From Candidatus Aphodocola excrementigallinarum (GTDB lineage Bacteria; Bacillota_I; Bacilli_A; RF39; UBA660), in contig DVMT01000015.1 of the NCBI GenBank assembly GCA_018714855.1, forward strand, positions 785 to 64,784: a DNA stretch of 64,000 nucleotides, in the 5' to 3' direction. Each line of letters begins with the position of its first letter. The stretch's first letter is position 1. This document shows positions 9,878 to 19,394 of the stretch, piece after piece. The notes beneath the pieces are model-generated. The model did no database searches. It had not been told where the DNA came from and was given only the letters and a program-made list of their open reading frames with translations. Made by a program: the position numbers and the translations under genes.

Positions 9878-11012
9878 TTAATAATTCATTTAAAGCAACC
9901 GTTGGCATACCAATGTACCTTATTTTGAATTTTACTATACCTATTACTTCATCTTGCTTTACTTGCCAAGAATCGGCCGTATTATTATTATCACCTTTTG
10001 TTTTAAAATTTATTTGTCCATTATTTTTTATTATTTTATTTACTCTATGAACTATTATTTTATCATCATGATTATAAACTAATATATCACCTTTTTTTAT
10101 GTCATATATTTCAGTATCTTTTAGTTTTTTTACTATAACAACATCACCCTTATTAATCTTTGGAGTCATTGAACCAGACCCAATCGTCAAAGCGTAATAT
10201 CTAAAATAACCACTTGTTAATGTAACTATTACTAATAAAGCGAATGTTATTACAGAATAAATAATCAAATTCTTTTTTGTGTATCTTGATTCTTTTATTT
10301 TTCTTAAATCATAATAATTAAATAAATTATTTAATCTTATTACAATAATAATAGGTAAAACAGTTTCTAATATAACGTTTATATACTCTCCAAAATCAGG
10401 GAAAAGCGGTAATATATAAACGCTTAAATCAACTATTATTCTATAAAAAATACAGTTTTTATAACCTACTTTATAAGTAACATAAGTTAATAAAATATTT
10501 TTAGTAATACTAGGGAACACGACTAAGCATATCATTTTAGTAAGCCCTAAAGCCGATGTTATATCATATGTATTAAGCATTAAACAAACATCTATCAATA
10601 AGAAACCTAAATAACCAACTATAAGTCCTATCTTATTTTCCTTTGATTTACTTACCCAAATATATCTTAAAAACTCGCTTAATACTATTACTAATAATAT
10701 AGGAAAAGCATTTTTAAATATGTTTACTAATTTTAAACTATAACTACTTTTTAAAAAACCAGTAAATAATCCAAAGAAATAAGTTAAAAAATAATATATT
10801 AACAAAATAATTACTATGTTTAAAAAAACATCTTTTTTATATCTAAAATTATCCTTTTCTATACCTAGTGTTATTATTGTTGCAATTAAAAACAAAAATA
10901 ATAAACCACTAATTATATATGGGTTTGCTATTTTAAATATAAATAAATTAGCCAAAAGTAAAACAAACATGCTAATTCCTAATACATAAAGTTTAACATA
11001 TCCCCTTTTCAT
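9870..11012 (-). CDS. SipW-type (archaeal/ER-type) signal peptidase I domain fused to an N-terminal polytopic membrane domain of about 260 aa
   Basis: The C-terminus has the S26B-type motifs GSGSMTPKINKGDVV...HRV...GDNN. The N-terminus has at least 7 predicted TM helices. There is no internal start or RBS between the two halves. Confidence 0.55.
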   Translation of the reverse strand: MKRGYVKLYVLGISMFVLLLANLFIFKIANPYIISGLLFLFLIATIITLGIEKDNFRYKKDVFLNIVIILLIYYFLTYFFGLFTGFLKSSYSLKLVNIFKNAFPILLVIVLSEFLRYIWVSKSKENKIGLIVGYLGFLLIDVCLMLNTYDITSALGLTKMICLVVFPSITKNILLTYVTYKVGYKNCIFYRIIVDLSVYILPLFPDFGEYINVILETVLPIIIVIRLNNLFNYYDLRKIKESRYTKKNLIIYSVITFALLVIVTLTSGYFRYYALTIGSGSMTPKINKGDVVIVKKLKDTEIYDIKKGDILVYNHDDKIIVHRVNKIIKNNGQINFKTKGDNNNTADSWQVKQDEVIGIVKFKIRYIGMPTVALNELLNG

Positions 11013-11139
11013 AATATCACCACTTTTAATAAATTTATAAATTATAAAATAATATGGTAATAACGTATTAATCTTATACTATCCTATCGTATAAATAATA
11101 ACACAGGTTAGCAAACATAGTCAATGTTTTTAAAAAAAT

Positions 11140-11172
11140 AAAACACCAATCTTAAAAATTTATTGGTGTTTT
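11140..11172. terminator. Rho-independent terminator overlapping the ung stop codon
   Basis: Perfect 11-bp stem AAAACACCAAT / ATTGGTGTTTT. Confidence 0.55.
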
Positions 11173-11802
11173 ACCATGTGCTATTAAATAATTGTTTGTC
11201 TTAGAAAATGGCTTACTTCCAAAAAAACCGTTATATGCAGATAAAGGAGATGGATGAGCTGATTCTATTATGTAATGGCTAGGATTAGTTATTAATCTTT
11301 TTTTATCTCTAGCTTGTCTTCCCCATAAAATAAACACAACGTTATTTAACTTATCATTTATTTGTTTTATTACAAAATCAGTAAATATTTCCCAGCCTAT
11401 ATCTTTATGGGAGTTTGCTTTATCTTTTTCAACCGTTAAAACAGTATTTAAAAGAAACACACCTTGTTTTGCCCAATCAGATAAATCAGTGTTGGTTCTT
11501 TCTATTTTAAGATCATCTTTTAACTCTTTAAAAATATTTCTAAGAGAAGGTGGCGTTCTAACCCCTCTTCTTACTGAAAACGAAAGTCCCATTGCTTCTT
11601 TTTCTCCATGATATGGATCCTGTCCTAAGATAACCACTTTAATATCTTTAAAATCAGTTAACCTAAAAGCGTTAAATAAATCTTTGGCAGGCGGATAAAT
11701 AGTTTTAGAAAGTCTTTCTTCCTTAATAAAATCTTTTATGTATTTAAAATAACTTTTTTGCATCTCATCATGCAAAACTAGATCCCAACTATTGTGAAAC
11801 AT
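11152..11802 (-). CDS. ung: Uracil-DNA glycosylase
   Basis: Motifs VVILGQDPYH and HPSPLS; 216 aa. Confidence 0.85.
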   Translation of the reverse strand: MFHNSWDLVLHDEMQKSYFKYIKDFIKEERLSKTIYPPAKDLFNAFRLTDFKDIKVVILGQDPYHGEKEAMGLSFSVRRGVRTPPSLRNIFKELKDDLKIERTNTDLSDWAKQGVFLLNTVLTVEKDKANSHKDIGWEIFTDFVIKQINDKLNNVVFILWGRQARDKKRLITNPSHYIIESAHPSPLSAYNGFFGSKPFSKTNNYLIAHGKTPINF

Positions 11803-11819
11803 AAACCATCACCTCAAGC

Positions 11820-12575
11820 TTACTTTTTTCTTGATACCTCAGCAATCGCTATATAATGATCACTTGGATTAATGCCATTATATTTTTTTGTGTCATATAA
11901 AACGTTATCCACTTTCATGGTATCTTCTGGTATAAATATGTGATCAATTGGCTGTTTTCTATCAAATTCTCTAAACGAACTTCCAAGTGTACTTAAAACT
12001 GCATCAACTAGCTTATTTTGTTTTTCAAACTTTTTTAAATCGCCCGTCAAGTGCATGTTAAAGTCTCACATTATAATAATATCTTCTTTAGAATCTTTTT
12101 CTAACCTTATTATCTTTGATAGAACTTCTAACTGAAGCTTTCTATTATATGAAAATAAATTATCTAAATGAGTGTTAATAATTAAATAGTTATGCCCTTC
12201 ATATAAAGTATGTGCAACCGTGCATATCCTAGGAAAGAAATCAAGTAAGAATCTTCCACCTTTTTTATTTATATCGTTAGATAATGAGTAAGTTTTCGTA
12301 TCTAATAAATCAAAGACTTCTTTTTTTAATAAAATACTGTTATATTCATCAGATATACTAGCACTACCTCTTGATTCTCCAACAAATATATAATCTTCCA
12401 GTCTTTTTTCTAAATAATCCTTTGTTCTTGGAGTTAACTCTTGCGTTCCTATTACGTCTAATTTTCTTTTTTGAATTAGTTCTTTAGCAGCCTCTGCTCT
12501 TCTTATCCAGTTTTTAGGACTGGCAGGAGAATATGAGTTTTTCATGTTAAAAGTTGCAACTAACAAAATAATCAC
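11820..12575 (-). pseudogene. Endonuclease/exonuclease/phosphatase (EEP) family gene interrupted by one in-frame TGA
   Basis: ORFs 12066..12575 and 11820..12056 are in the same frame, separated by TGA (12066-12068) and the codons D-F-N. Read through, the protein is ...IIIM*DFNMHLTGD..., carrying the EEP motifs N-terminal ATFN, central GDFN and C-terminal SDHY. Confidence 0.5.
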
Positions 12576-12626
12576 CTCTTAATGCCTATATAATAACACC
12601 AATAAATAACATATGCAAGAAAAAAG

Positions 12627-13073
12627 CTACTTGTGGTAGCTTTCGTTATTAATTATTTTAAATGCTCTATATACTTGTTCTAATAGCATAACTCTAAATA
12701 ATTGATGAGGAAACGTTAATGAAGAAAATGATAAATGATAATTAGATCTTTTAATAACGTCATTTGAAAGTCCATGTGATCCACCGATTACAAACGTTAT
12801 GTTTTTAGAAATATTATCGTTTATAAATTTAGAAAACGAAACAGAGTCTAAAGAAGTGCCATTTATTTCTAATGTAACCACAAAGTCTTTATCATTAATC
12901 TTAGATAGTATGTTTTTACCTTCTTCATTAATTGTTTTTGAAACATCATAATTATAATCTGGTAACTCAATTATTTCTAATTTAGTATATTTAGTTAATC
13001 TTTTTTTATACTCCATTACCCCATCTATAATATAATTTTCTTTTATTTTACCTACGCATATTATTTTTATCAT
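12627..13073 (-). CDS. rlmH: 23S rRNA (pseudouridine1915-N3)-methyltransferase
   Basis: SPOUT RlmH family; 148 aa, with the typical KIICVGK start and GGSHGLS motif. Confidence 0.8.
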   Translation of the reverse strand: MIKIICVGKIKENYIIDGVMEYKKRLTKYTKLEIIELPDYNYDVSKTINEEGKNILSKINDKDFVVTLEINGTSLDSVSFSKFINDNISKNITFVIGGSHGLSNDVIKRSNYHLSFSSLTFPHQLFRVMLLEQVYRAFKIINNESYHK

Positions 13074-13837
13074 ACTTCTATCCAGTCCGTTCTTTGTTTT
13101 TGTTTAGCTACCATGATATTTTTAACGGTCTTATTAGTATCTTTTAATACTTTTTTTAAAGTATCTAAAGCAAGTTCATACGTGTTATTATCATCAGATA
13201 AGTGAGCTAAAATAATGGTATTTGTATTATCACCAATGAATTCTGATAAATAATATGAAGCATCATTGTTAGATAAATGTCCTTTATCACTTAATATTCT
13301 TTGTTTTAAATAATAAGGATACTTACCTTCCATAAGCATTTTTATGTCATGATTACTTTCCATTATGTATAAATTATGATTTTTTAATACTTCAAAATAC
13401 TTGTTATTAATGTATCCAGTATCAGTTATGTAAACAAATGATTTATCATTAGATGAAATTATAAAGCCAACTGAACCTTTAGCATCATGTGATGTTTTTA
13501 TTACTCTTATATCTAAATCATCTATTTTAAAATTATTTGTTTCATATAACTCATAATCAAAATCATCGATGTATTCTTTTAACAAACTTAAAATTACTTT
13601 ATTTACATACAATTTTGGATGATATTTTTTTAAGAATACCTTTAATCCTTGTATGTGATCCGCGTGGGTATGTGTTATTAGTATTGCTTTTATTTCTTTT
13701 GGATCCACATCTAATTCCTTTAATCTTTCTTCTGCATATGATTTGGTAACACCAAGATCAATTAAGATCTTGGTGTTATTTTCACATACTAATACACTAT
13801 TACCTTTACTACCACTTGATAAAACTGATATTCTCAT
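13070..13837 (-). CDS. walJ: MBL-fold metallo-hydrolase (YycJ/WalJ-like)
   Basis: HTHADH motif, 255 aa, and the conserved position next to rlmH seen in other Firmicutes. Confidence 0.65.
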   Translation of the reverse strand: MRISVLSSGSKGNSVLVCENNTKILIDLGVTKSYAEERLKELDVDPKEIKAILITHTHADHIQGLKVFLKKYHPKLYVNKVILSLLKEYIDDFDYELYETNNFKIDDLDIRVIKTSHDAKGSVGFIISSNDKSFVYITDTGYINNKYFEVLKNHNLYIMESNHDIKMLMEGKYPYYLKQRILSDKGHLSNNDASYYLSEFIGDNTNTIILAHLSDDNNTYELALDTLKKVLKDTNKTVKNIMVAKQKQRTDWIEV

Positions 13838-15312
13838 TATTTATATAGTGATAAAGGATCCATTGGAGTACCATCTCTGTATGGTAAGCCTCCGTAATAA
13901 AGTCCAAAGTGTAAGTGTGTACCAGTTGCAAATCCAGTGTGACCCATGGTACCTATTTGTTGTCCTTTTTGAACCGTATCACCTTCTGAAACTAATCTTG
14001 AATGCATATGTCCATATATTGTGTAGTATCCATTACCGTGATTAATCGTAACATAAGTACCTAAACTTCCTGAATTAGTTCTTGCCGTTACAACGGTACC
14101 AGAACCCGCTGCGTATATTGGAGATCCTTCACCGCTACCTGCAATATCAATAGCCTCGTGAACTTTACCCCAACGATAACCAAAGTAACTTGAAATATAA
14201 TATTGAGATATTGTTGGCCATGCCCATGAACCTGACATAATTGGAGCTACACTTCCTCCAGCTGTCTTAGTTCCTACTTTAACTATTTTAGGAACTGATG
14301 GAACGATTGTCTCAGAGCTTACTATTACAACGTTTGATGTTTCACCATTAACACTTTGTATCTTAGTAGTTAATCTATCAACACCGTTTTGTCCTTCTTG
14401 AACAACCTCTTCTGTTCCATACATCATGTCTGGATCTTCCTGTTCTTGAGTTTCAAACTTGCTTTCTTGATCAATTACGTTATGTGTTTCAACTACTACA
14501 TCAACGATAGGATTAATTAATCCAACTTTTACTTGTTGGCCTACTGATAAAATGTTATTAGCAGAAGTAAACTCAGGATTAACAATTAAAAACTCTTCTG
14601 TTGCAAGCTTATGATCATATGCTATTGAATCAATTGTATCTCCTTCTTGAACCGTGTAATACTGATCTTCTTTTACCTCACCAAACATTAAATACTTAGT
14701 AAGTGTTTTTTCATCAGTAAATATCTGTTCATCAGTTGAAATATAACCGTGTTTTATCGTTATATCTTGATCAATGTAAATATCTTCTATAATAGTTCCA
14801 GTATCTTTTATTTCTGGCTGCGTATCATTTGCATAATTATCCATATCTTCCTCAGTTACAAATGCTTTTACAACCGATTTAATGGATTTGTCGAAAATGT
14901 CTTTATCTAAAACGTTTATTACCAAATCTTCCTCATCATCAGAATTAGACTTTATGGTAATGGTATACCCTTCAACCGTAAAAGGTTTTTCTTCTTTTAT
15001 TATGTTATTAACCTGTTTAGCAGTTAAAACATCACTTTCGTAAGTCGTACATTTTTGTATATCAACACCTTCTGGAATATAAACCTTATCAACGTCATAT
15101 TCCTCTTTTAACTCGGTTTGTTCATCATTAATATAATCTTCTAATTCTTGTTTATCTGTTATGTTACCTATTTCTTTTCCATCCAAATAAACTTTGTAGA
15201 CTTCTTTAGGATTTAATTGGTATTTATTTGCAAAATTAACAAATCCAACTATTACTACTGCAAGAATAATTGCAAAAACGTACATCAAACCAGTCTTTAT
15301 CACTTTCCCCAT
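13837..15312 (-). CDS. M23 family metallopeptidase with LysM domain and N-terminal TM anchor
   Basis: LysM (YYTVQEGDTIDSIAY) and an M23 C-terminus (HEAIDIAG...GHTGFATGTHLHFGLY). Confidence 0.7.
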   Translation of the reverse strand: MGKVIKTGLMYVFAIILAVVIVGFVNFANKYQLNPKEVYKVYLDGKEIGNITDKQELEDYINDEQTELKEEYDVDKVYIPEGVDIQKCTTYESDVLTAKQVNNIIKEEKPFTVEGYTITIKSNSDDEEDLVINVLDKDIFDKSIKSVVKAFVTEEDMDNYANDTQPEIKDTGTIIEDIYIDQDITIKHGYISTDEQIFTDEKTLTKYLMFGEVKEDQYYTVQEGDTIDSIAYDHKLATEEFLIVNPEFTSANNILSVGQQVKVGLINPIVDVVVETHNVIDQESKFETQEQEDPDMMYGTEEVVQEGQNGVDRLTTKIQSVNGETSNVVIVSSETIVPSVPKIVKVGTKTAGGSVAPIMSGSWAWPTISQYYISSYFGYRWGKVHEAIDIAGSGEGSPIYAAGSGTVVTARTNSGSLGTYVTINHGNGYYTIYGHMHSRLVSEGDTVQKGQQIGTMGHTGFATGTHLHFGLYYGGLPYRDGTPMDPLSLYK

Positions 15313-15314
15313 TA

Positions 15315-16658
15315 TTATTCACCGCTTTCTCTTTGAAAATTTACAAACGTAGAGGTATCTTTTTTAAATAAAAGCTCTATCGTTGTTGTTGGACCAGACC
15401 TGTTTTTTCCTATGATAAACTCAGTTATACTAGCGTTATCATCACGTCTTGCCTCTTTATTATAATAATCATCTCGGTATAAAAATGATACTATATCAGC
15501 ATCTTGCTCAATTGATCCAGATTCTCTTAAGTCACTCATTATAGGACGTTTATCCTCACGAGATTCAACCGCACGAGATAACTGTGCCAAAGCAATTACT
15601 GGAACACCAAGCTCTAAGGCCATGGTTTTTAAACTTCTTGAAATTTCCGATACTTCTTGTTGCCTGTTACCAGCTGTTTTTAAAGGCCCTGTTATTAATT
15701 GTAAGTAATCTATTACAACTAAAGAAAGCCCTTTATCAGAGTTTGCAAGGCGCCTGCACTTACTTCTTATTTCACCAATTGTTATACCTGGCGTGTCATC
15801 CAAATATAAATTTGCATTAGATAACCTGCTAATTGCTTCATTTAACTTTTTCCAATCATTATGCTCAAGTCTTCCGGTACGCATCTTAGAACCATTAATA
15901 CCACCTAATGATTGTAATATTCTATTAGCTAACTGTTCTGCACTCATCTCTAAGTTAAATACCGCAACCGCTTTATCATTATTCATTGATGCGTTAGTTG
16001 CAATATTAAGAGCAAAAGCAGTTTTACCCATTGCAGGACGAGCCGCAATAATTATAAATTGATTTGGCTGAAGACCTGCTGTTAATTTATCAAAATCGAA
16101 AAAACCTGTTGCAAGTCCAGTTATTTCAGATCCTTGCTCGGCTAATTTTTCTAAGTTTTCTTGTTCTTTATAAGCAACGTCTTGAATACGCTTAAACTCA
16201 GACGTCTTTCTCATGTTACCAATTCTAAGCATCTTCATTTCAGCACTATCTAAAACATCATATATAGAATCCTCAGATGAGTAAGCATCATTAGCGATTT
16301 CTTCTGCAGTCTCTATTATCTTTCTTCCAACCATCTTTTCTTTTACGATGTTAATATAATAATCAACGTTCGAAGCTGATGGTACAGAATCTATTATCTC
16401 AGATAAATATTCAACGTTACCAACTTGTGATAGTATTTTCTTATCATTTAATTTATTAGTTACGATTGTAATATCAATTGGTGAATCACTATCATTTAAC
16501 TCTTGTAAAACGCTAAATATTTTGGCGTTAGCATCACTGTAAAATGATTCGGCAGATAACTCATCACATATCTTTTGTAAAGCTGTTTTGGATAAAAAGG
16601 CAGCACCTAACACAGCTTTTTCTGCATCTAGTGATTGAGGCATTTGTCTTACGGCCAT
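15315..16658 (-). CDS. dnaB: Replicative DNA helicase
   Basis: Walker A GKTAFALN and DnaB C-terminal domain motifs; 447 aa. Confidence 0.9.
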   Translation of the reverse strand: MAVRQMPQSLDAEKAVLGAAFLSKTALQKICDELSAESFYSDANAKIFSVLQELNDSDSPIDITIVTNKLNDKKILSQVGNVEYLSEIIDSVPSASNVDYYINIVKEKMVGRKIIETAEEIANDAYSSEDSIYDVLDSAEMKMLRIGNMRKTSEFKRIQDVAYKEQENLEKLAEQGSEITGLATGFFDFDKLTAGLQPNQFIIIAARPAMGKTAFALNIATNASMNNDKAVAVFNLEMSAEQLANRILQSLGGINGSKMRTGRLEHNDWKKLNEAISRLSNANLYLDDTPGITIGEIRSKCRRLANSDKGLSLVVIDYLQLITGPLKTAGNRQQEVSEISRSLKTMALELGVPVIALAQLSRAVESREDKRPIMSDLRESGSIEQDADIVSFLYRDDYYNKEARRDDNASITEFIIGKNRSGPTTTIELLFKKDTSTFVNFQRESGE

Positions 16659-16675
16659 TTTATCCCTCCTTTACT

Positions 16676-17116
16676 TTACTTTGTTAATAAAACCGTTACG
16701 TAACCCTCTACATTCTTATGTAAATTTATTTTAACCTCATGATATCCTAAAGTTGTTAAAGGCTCATCTAACACTATTTTTTTCTTATCTATTTTATAGC
16801 CTTCAGCTTCTAATTTCTGAGCTATTTGTTTAGTTGATACAGAGCCAAACACCTGATCTTGTTTTCCTGTTTTTACCTTAAACGTTAAAACACGATCCTT
16901 AAGTTCATCCCTTAGTTTTTCGCTTTCTTTTATTTCTTTGGCTAACTTACTTGCTTTATCTTTATTTTCTCTATCTAAAATTTCTTTACTTCTTTGCGTG
17001 TATAAAACGGCATAACCATTTCTTATTAAAAAATTCTCGGCATATCCATCTTTTACTTCTTTTATATCGCCTTTTTTACCTTGGCCCTTAACATCTTTTT
17101 TAAATATAACCTTCAT
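16676..17116 (-). CDS. rplI: 50S ribosomal protein L9
   Basis: MKVIFKKDVKGQGKKGDIKEV...; 146 aa. Confidence 0.9.
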   Translation of the reverse strand: MKVIFKKDVKGQGKKGDIKEVKDGYAENFLIRNGYAVLYTQRSKEILDRENKDKASKLAKEIKESEKLRDELKDRVLTFKVKTGKQDQVFGSVSTKQIAQKLEAEGYKIDKKKIVLDEPLTTLGYHEVKINLHKNVEGYVTVLLTK

Positions 17117-17221
17117 AATTAGACCACCCTTTCTAATTAATCTCGCATGTTTATTATAACATACTTTTTATTTTATTAAAAGAAAAGAAAGTATACCAAA
17201 TATTAGTATACTTTCATAAAA

Positions 17222-17437
17222 TTAATTTGTAAATGGTAATAACCCAATTATTCTAGCTCTTTTTATTTCTCTTGCAATATATCTTTGGTGCTTAGAGCAA
17301 GCTCCAGTTACTCTTCTAGGTAAAATTTTACCTTTTTCATTTATATATTTCTTTAAAATTTCTGGTTCTTTATAACTTACAGACTTACCAGCACACAATT
17401 GACATACTTTCTTTTTCTTTCTGAAAAAATCTGCCAC
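17222..17437 (-). CDS. rpsR: 30S ribosomal protein S18
   Basis: The C-terminus (...HQRYIAREIKRARIIGLLPF) is typical of S18. Confidence 0.9.
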   Translation of the reverse strand: MADFFRKKKKVCQLCAGKSVSYKEPEILKKYINEKGKILPRRVTGACSKHQRYIAREIKRARIIGLLPFTN

Positions 17438-17461
17438 TAGTATTCCTCCTTTTCTTAATCA

Positions 17462-17932
17462 TTAAAACGCAATATCATCATCTGATATTTCAATACTATT
17501 ACCAAAATCTGCGAATACGTCATCCGATACGTTTGTTTCTTTAGGTGCTTCTTCATTATTTTGAAAATCAGCAGGTGAAACATCATTTGTTACGGTCGCA
17601 CCATTATTATTAGATCCTTTAGAATCAAGGAATTGAACTCTATCTGCAACAACTTCGGTTACATATACTCTTTTTCCGTCCTTATCCTCATAGTTACGTG
17701 TTTGTATTCTTCCGTCTACCGCAACTAAAGAACCTTTAAAAACGTATTTCTTTATGTTTTCAGCTTGCTTTTGAAAAGCAACTATATTAATAAAGTCGGT
17801 ATCTCTTCCACCTTGACTATTAGTATATTGTCTATCTATTGCAATCGTAAAATTTACTATCGCAGCATTACTAGACGAATATCTTAATTCTGGATCTCTT
17901 GTTAATCTTCCTATTAAAAATGCTTTATTCAT
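17462..17932 (-). CDS. ssb: Single-stranded DNA-binding protein
   Basis: OB-fold N-terminus (MNKAFLIGRLTRDPELRY) and an acidic C-terminal tail DDDIAF. Confidence 0.9.
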   Translation of the reverse strand: MNKAFLIGRLTRDPELRYSSSNAAIVNFTIAIDRQYTNSQGGRDTDFINIVAFQKQAENIKKYVFKGSLVAVDGRIQTRNYEDKDGKRVYVTEVVADRVQFLDSKGSNNNGATVTNDVSPADFQNNEEAPKETNVSDDVFADFGNSIEISDDDIAF

Positions 17933-17946
17933 AATAAAAACCTTTC

Positions 17947-18234
17947 TTACTTATCTTCTTTTACGATTAAATGACGAATAATATCTTCACTTATTCTAGC
18001 TAAACGATCAAATTCATTAATAGCTTTTGCATCATTAGCTTCTAAATTAATTAGAAAATAGTATCCTGCTTTATGGCCTTCTATTTCATAAGCTAACTCT
18101 TTTTGACCTAAATCTTTTGAAGAAGTTATAGTAGCTCCATTATCAGTTAAGATCTTTTCAAAGTTTTTAGAAACTTCTTTAACCTTATCTTCTTCAAGAT
18201 TTGGTCTTACAACGAACATAATCTCGTATTTCAT
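17947..18234 (-). CDS. rpsF: 30S ribosomal protein S6
   Basis: MKYEIMFVVRPNLEED...; gene order rpsF-ssb-rpsR. Confidence 0.9.
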   Translation of the reverse strand: MKYEIMFVVRPNLEEDKVKEVSKNFEKILTDNGATITSSKDLGQKELAYEIEGHKAGYYFLINLEANDAKAINEFDRLARISEDIIRHLIVKEDK

Positions 18235-18371
18235 ATTTTATCCTCCTCTTCTGGTCTTATCGGCCTTTAATCAAAGTTAAAGGCAAGAGAGTAAACTTTC
18301 ATTACTCGCTTTGTATTATAACAAAAAAGATAGTTTATGTAAACCATCTTTTTATATTTAATTATATTATT

Positions 18372-18713
18372 CTACTCAGATAAACATGCCTCTAGCAAAG
18401 ACATAACATAGCTAAAATCATTATCAGTCATTTTCTCTACAAACTTTACTTTTCTGTCTTCATAATCAATGCTTCTTATGTGTTCGCATAAAACACTTCC
18501 GGTTACTTGTTTTGTTTCTTTTAATAAATAGTGCGTTGGAAATTCCTTTGTATTAGATGTTATTGGGCATACTATTACCATTTTAGTAAATTTATTAAAC
18601 GTATCCGTACTTATTACAACAGCCGGTCTATACCCTTTTTGCTCGTGTCCTTTGGTGGGATTAAAATCTACGTAAACTATATCTTTTTGTTTTGGTGTGT
18701 ACTTTACTACCAT
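18372..18713 (-). CDS. mazF: MazF/PemK-family type II toxin endoribonuclease
   Basis: GDIVYVDFNPTKGHEQKGYRPAVVIS... is typical of MazF/PemK; 113 aa. Confidence 0.8.
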   Translation of the reverse strand: MVVKYTPKQKDIVYVDFNPTKGHEQKGYRPAVVISTDTFNKFTKMVIVCPITSNTKEFPTHYLLKETKQVTGSVLCEHIRSIDYEDRKVKFVEKMTDNDFSYVMSLLEACLSE

Positions 18714-18949
18714 ATTTCTCTTCCTCTATTATCATCCCACTTAAAATCTTTACTAAGGTTTGGTCCAGTATATTTTTTTATTCTTTTCTTTAAAGAAATA
18801 CTTTTTTTATTAATTTTAGAAATTATTATTTTATCTTCTTCCATGCTAATATTTACCTCATCATTTGTATTTAAATTAAGTGTTTTTAAAAAACTTTTTG
18901 GTATTCTAATTCCAGCCGAATTTCCCCATTTTTGTAATCTTGTCTCCAT
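18707..18949 (-). CDS. mazE: MazE/AbrB-family antitoxin
   Basis: SpoVT/AbrB swapped-hairpin motif TRLQKWGNSAGIRIPK. Start placed at Met12 after the RBS AAAGGAGAAA. Its stop overlaps the mazF start. Confidence 0.75.
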   Translation of the reverse strand: METRLQKWGNSAGIRIPKSFLKTLNLNTNDEVNISMEEDKIIISKINKKSISLKKRIKKYTGPNLSKDFKWDDNRGREIW

Positions 18950-19018
18950 AAGTATTTCTCCTTTCATATATAGTATATACAAAATATATACTTTTAATCA
19001 ATAATAAAAGAAATAAAA

Positions 19019-19381
19019 TTAATTATTTCTTTTGATATACGTTGTGTTTTTAGTATATAAAATCTCTTCAGCATCTTTATACTTTATTCTTTTTTTGTTT
19101 GATATGATTGGTGAGATTGGTGCAGCTACGATTCCAGTGAATTCTAAACTACAATTATTAAAATCATAAAATGAAGAGCCTGTAAAAATATCTATAAATT
19201 TATGTTCAATTGTACTTTCTTTTCTTGCTATTATATATTTTTCCGGTTGAAAACGATACGTGGTAGTATTGTATTTCCACTTACCATCATATATACCAGC
19301 ATATTTACCTTCATATAATATAAGTTCCGCTAAATACAAATCTTTAGTAGAAAAACCAAATAATTTATCTTTTAATTTCAT
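19019..19381 (-). CDS. Hypothetical protein
   Basis: 120-aa ORF immediately downstream of ychF. Confidence 0.35.
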   Translation of the reverse strand: MKLKDKLFGFSTKDLYLAELILYEGKYAGIYDGKWKYNTTTYRFQPEKYIIARKESTIEHKFIDIFTGSSFYDFNNCSLEFTGIVAAPISPIISNKKRIKYKDAEEILYTKNTTYIKRNN

Positions 19382-19394
19382 TTTTTATCACCCT

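Noticed and set aside
9870-11012. Considered whether the SipW-like ORF is really two genes (a membrane protein plus a peptidase) merged by the ORF finder
   Set aside because: There is no stop codon, no internal Met with an RBS, and no spacing break at the junction (the TM helix runs straight into the GSGSM catalytic motif). It is kept as a fusion, but flagged for sequence verification.
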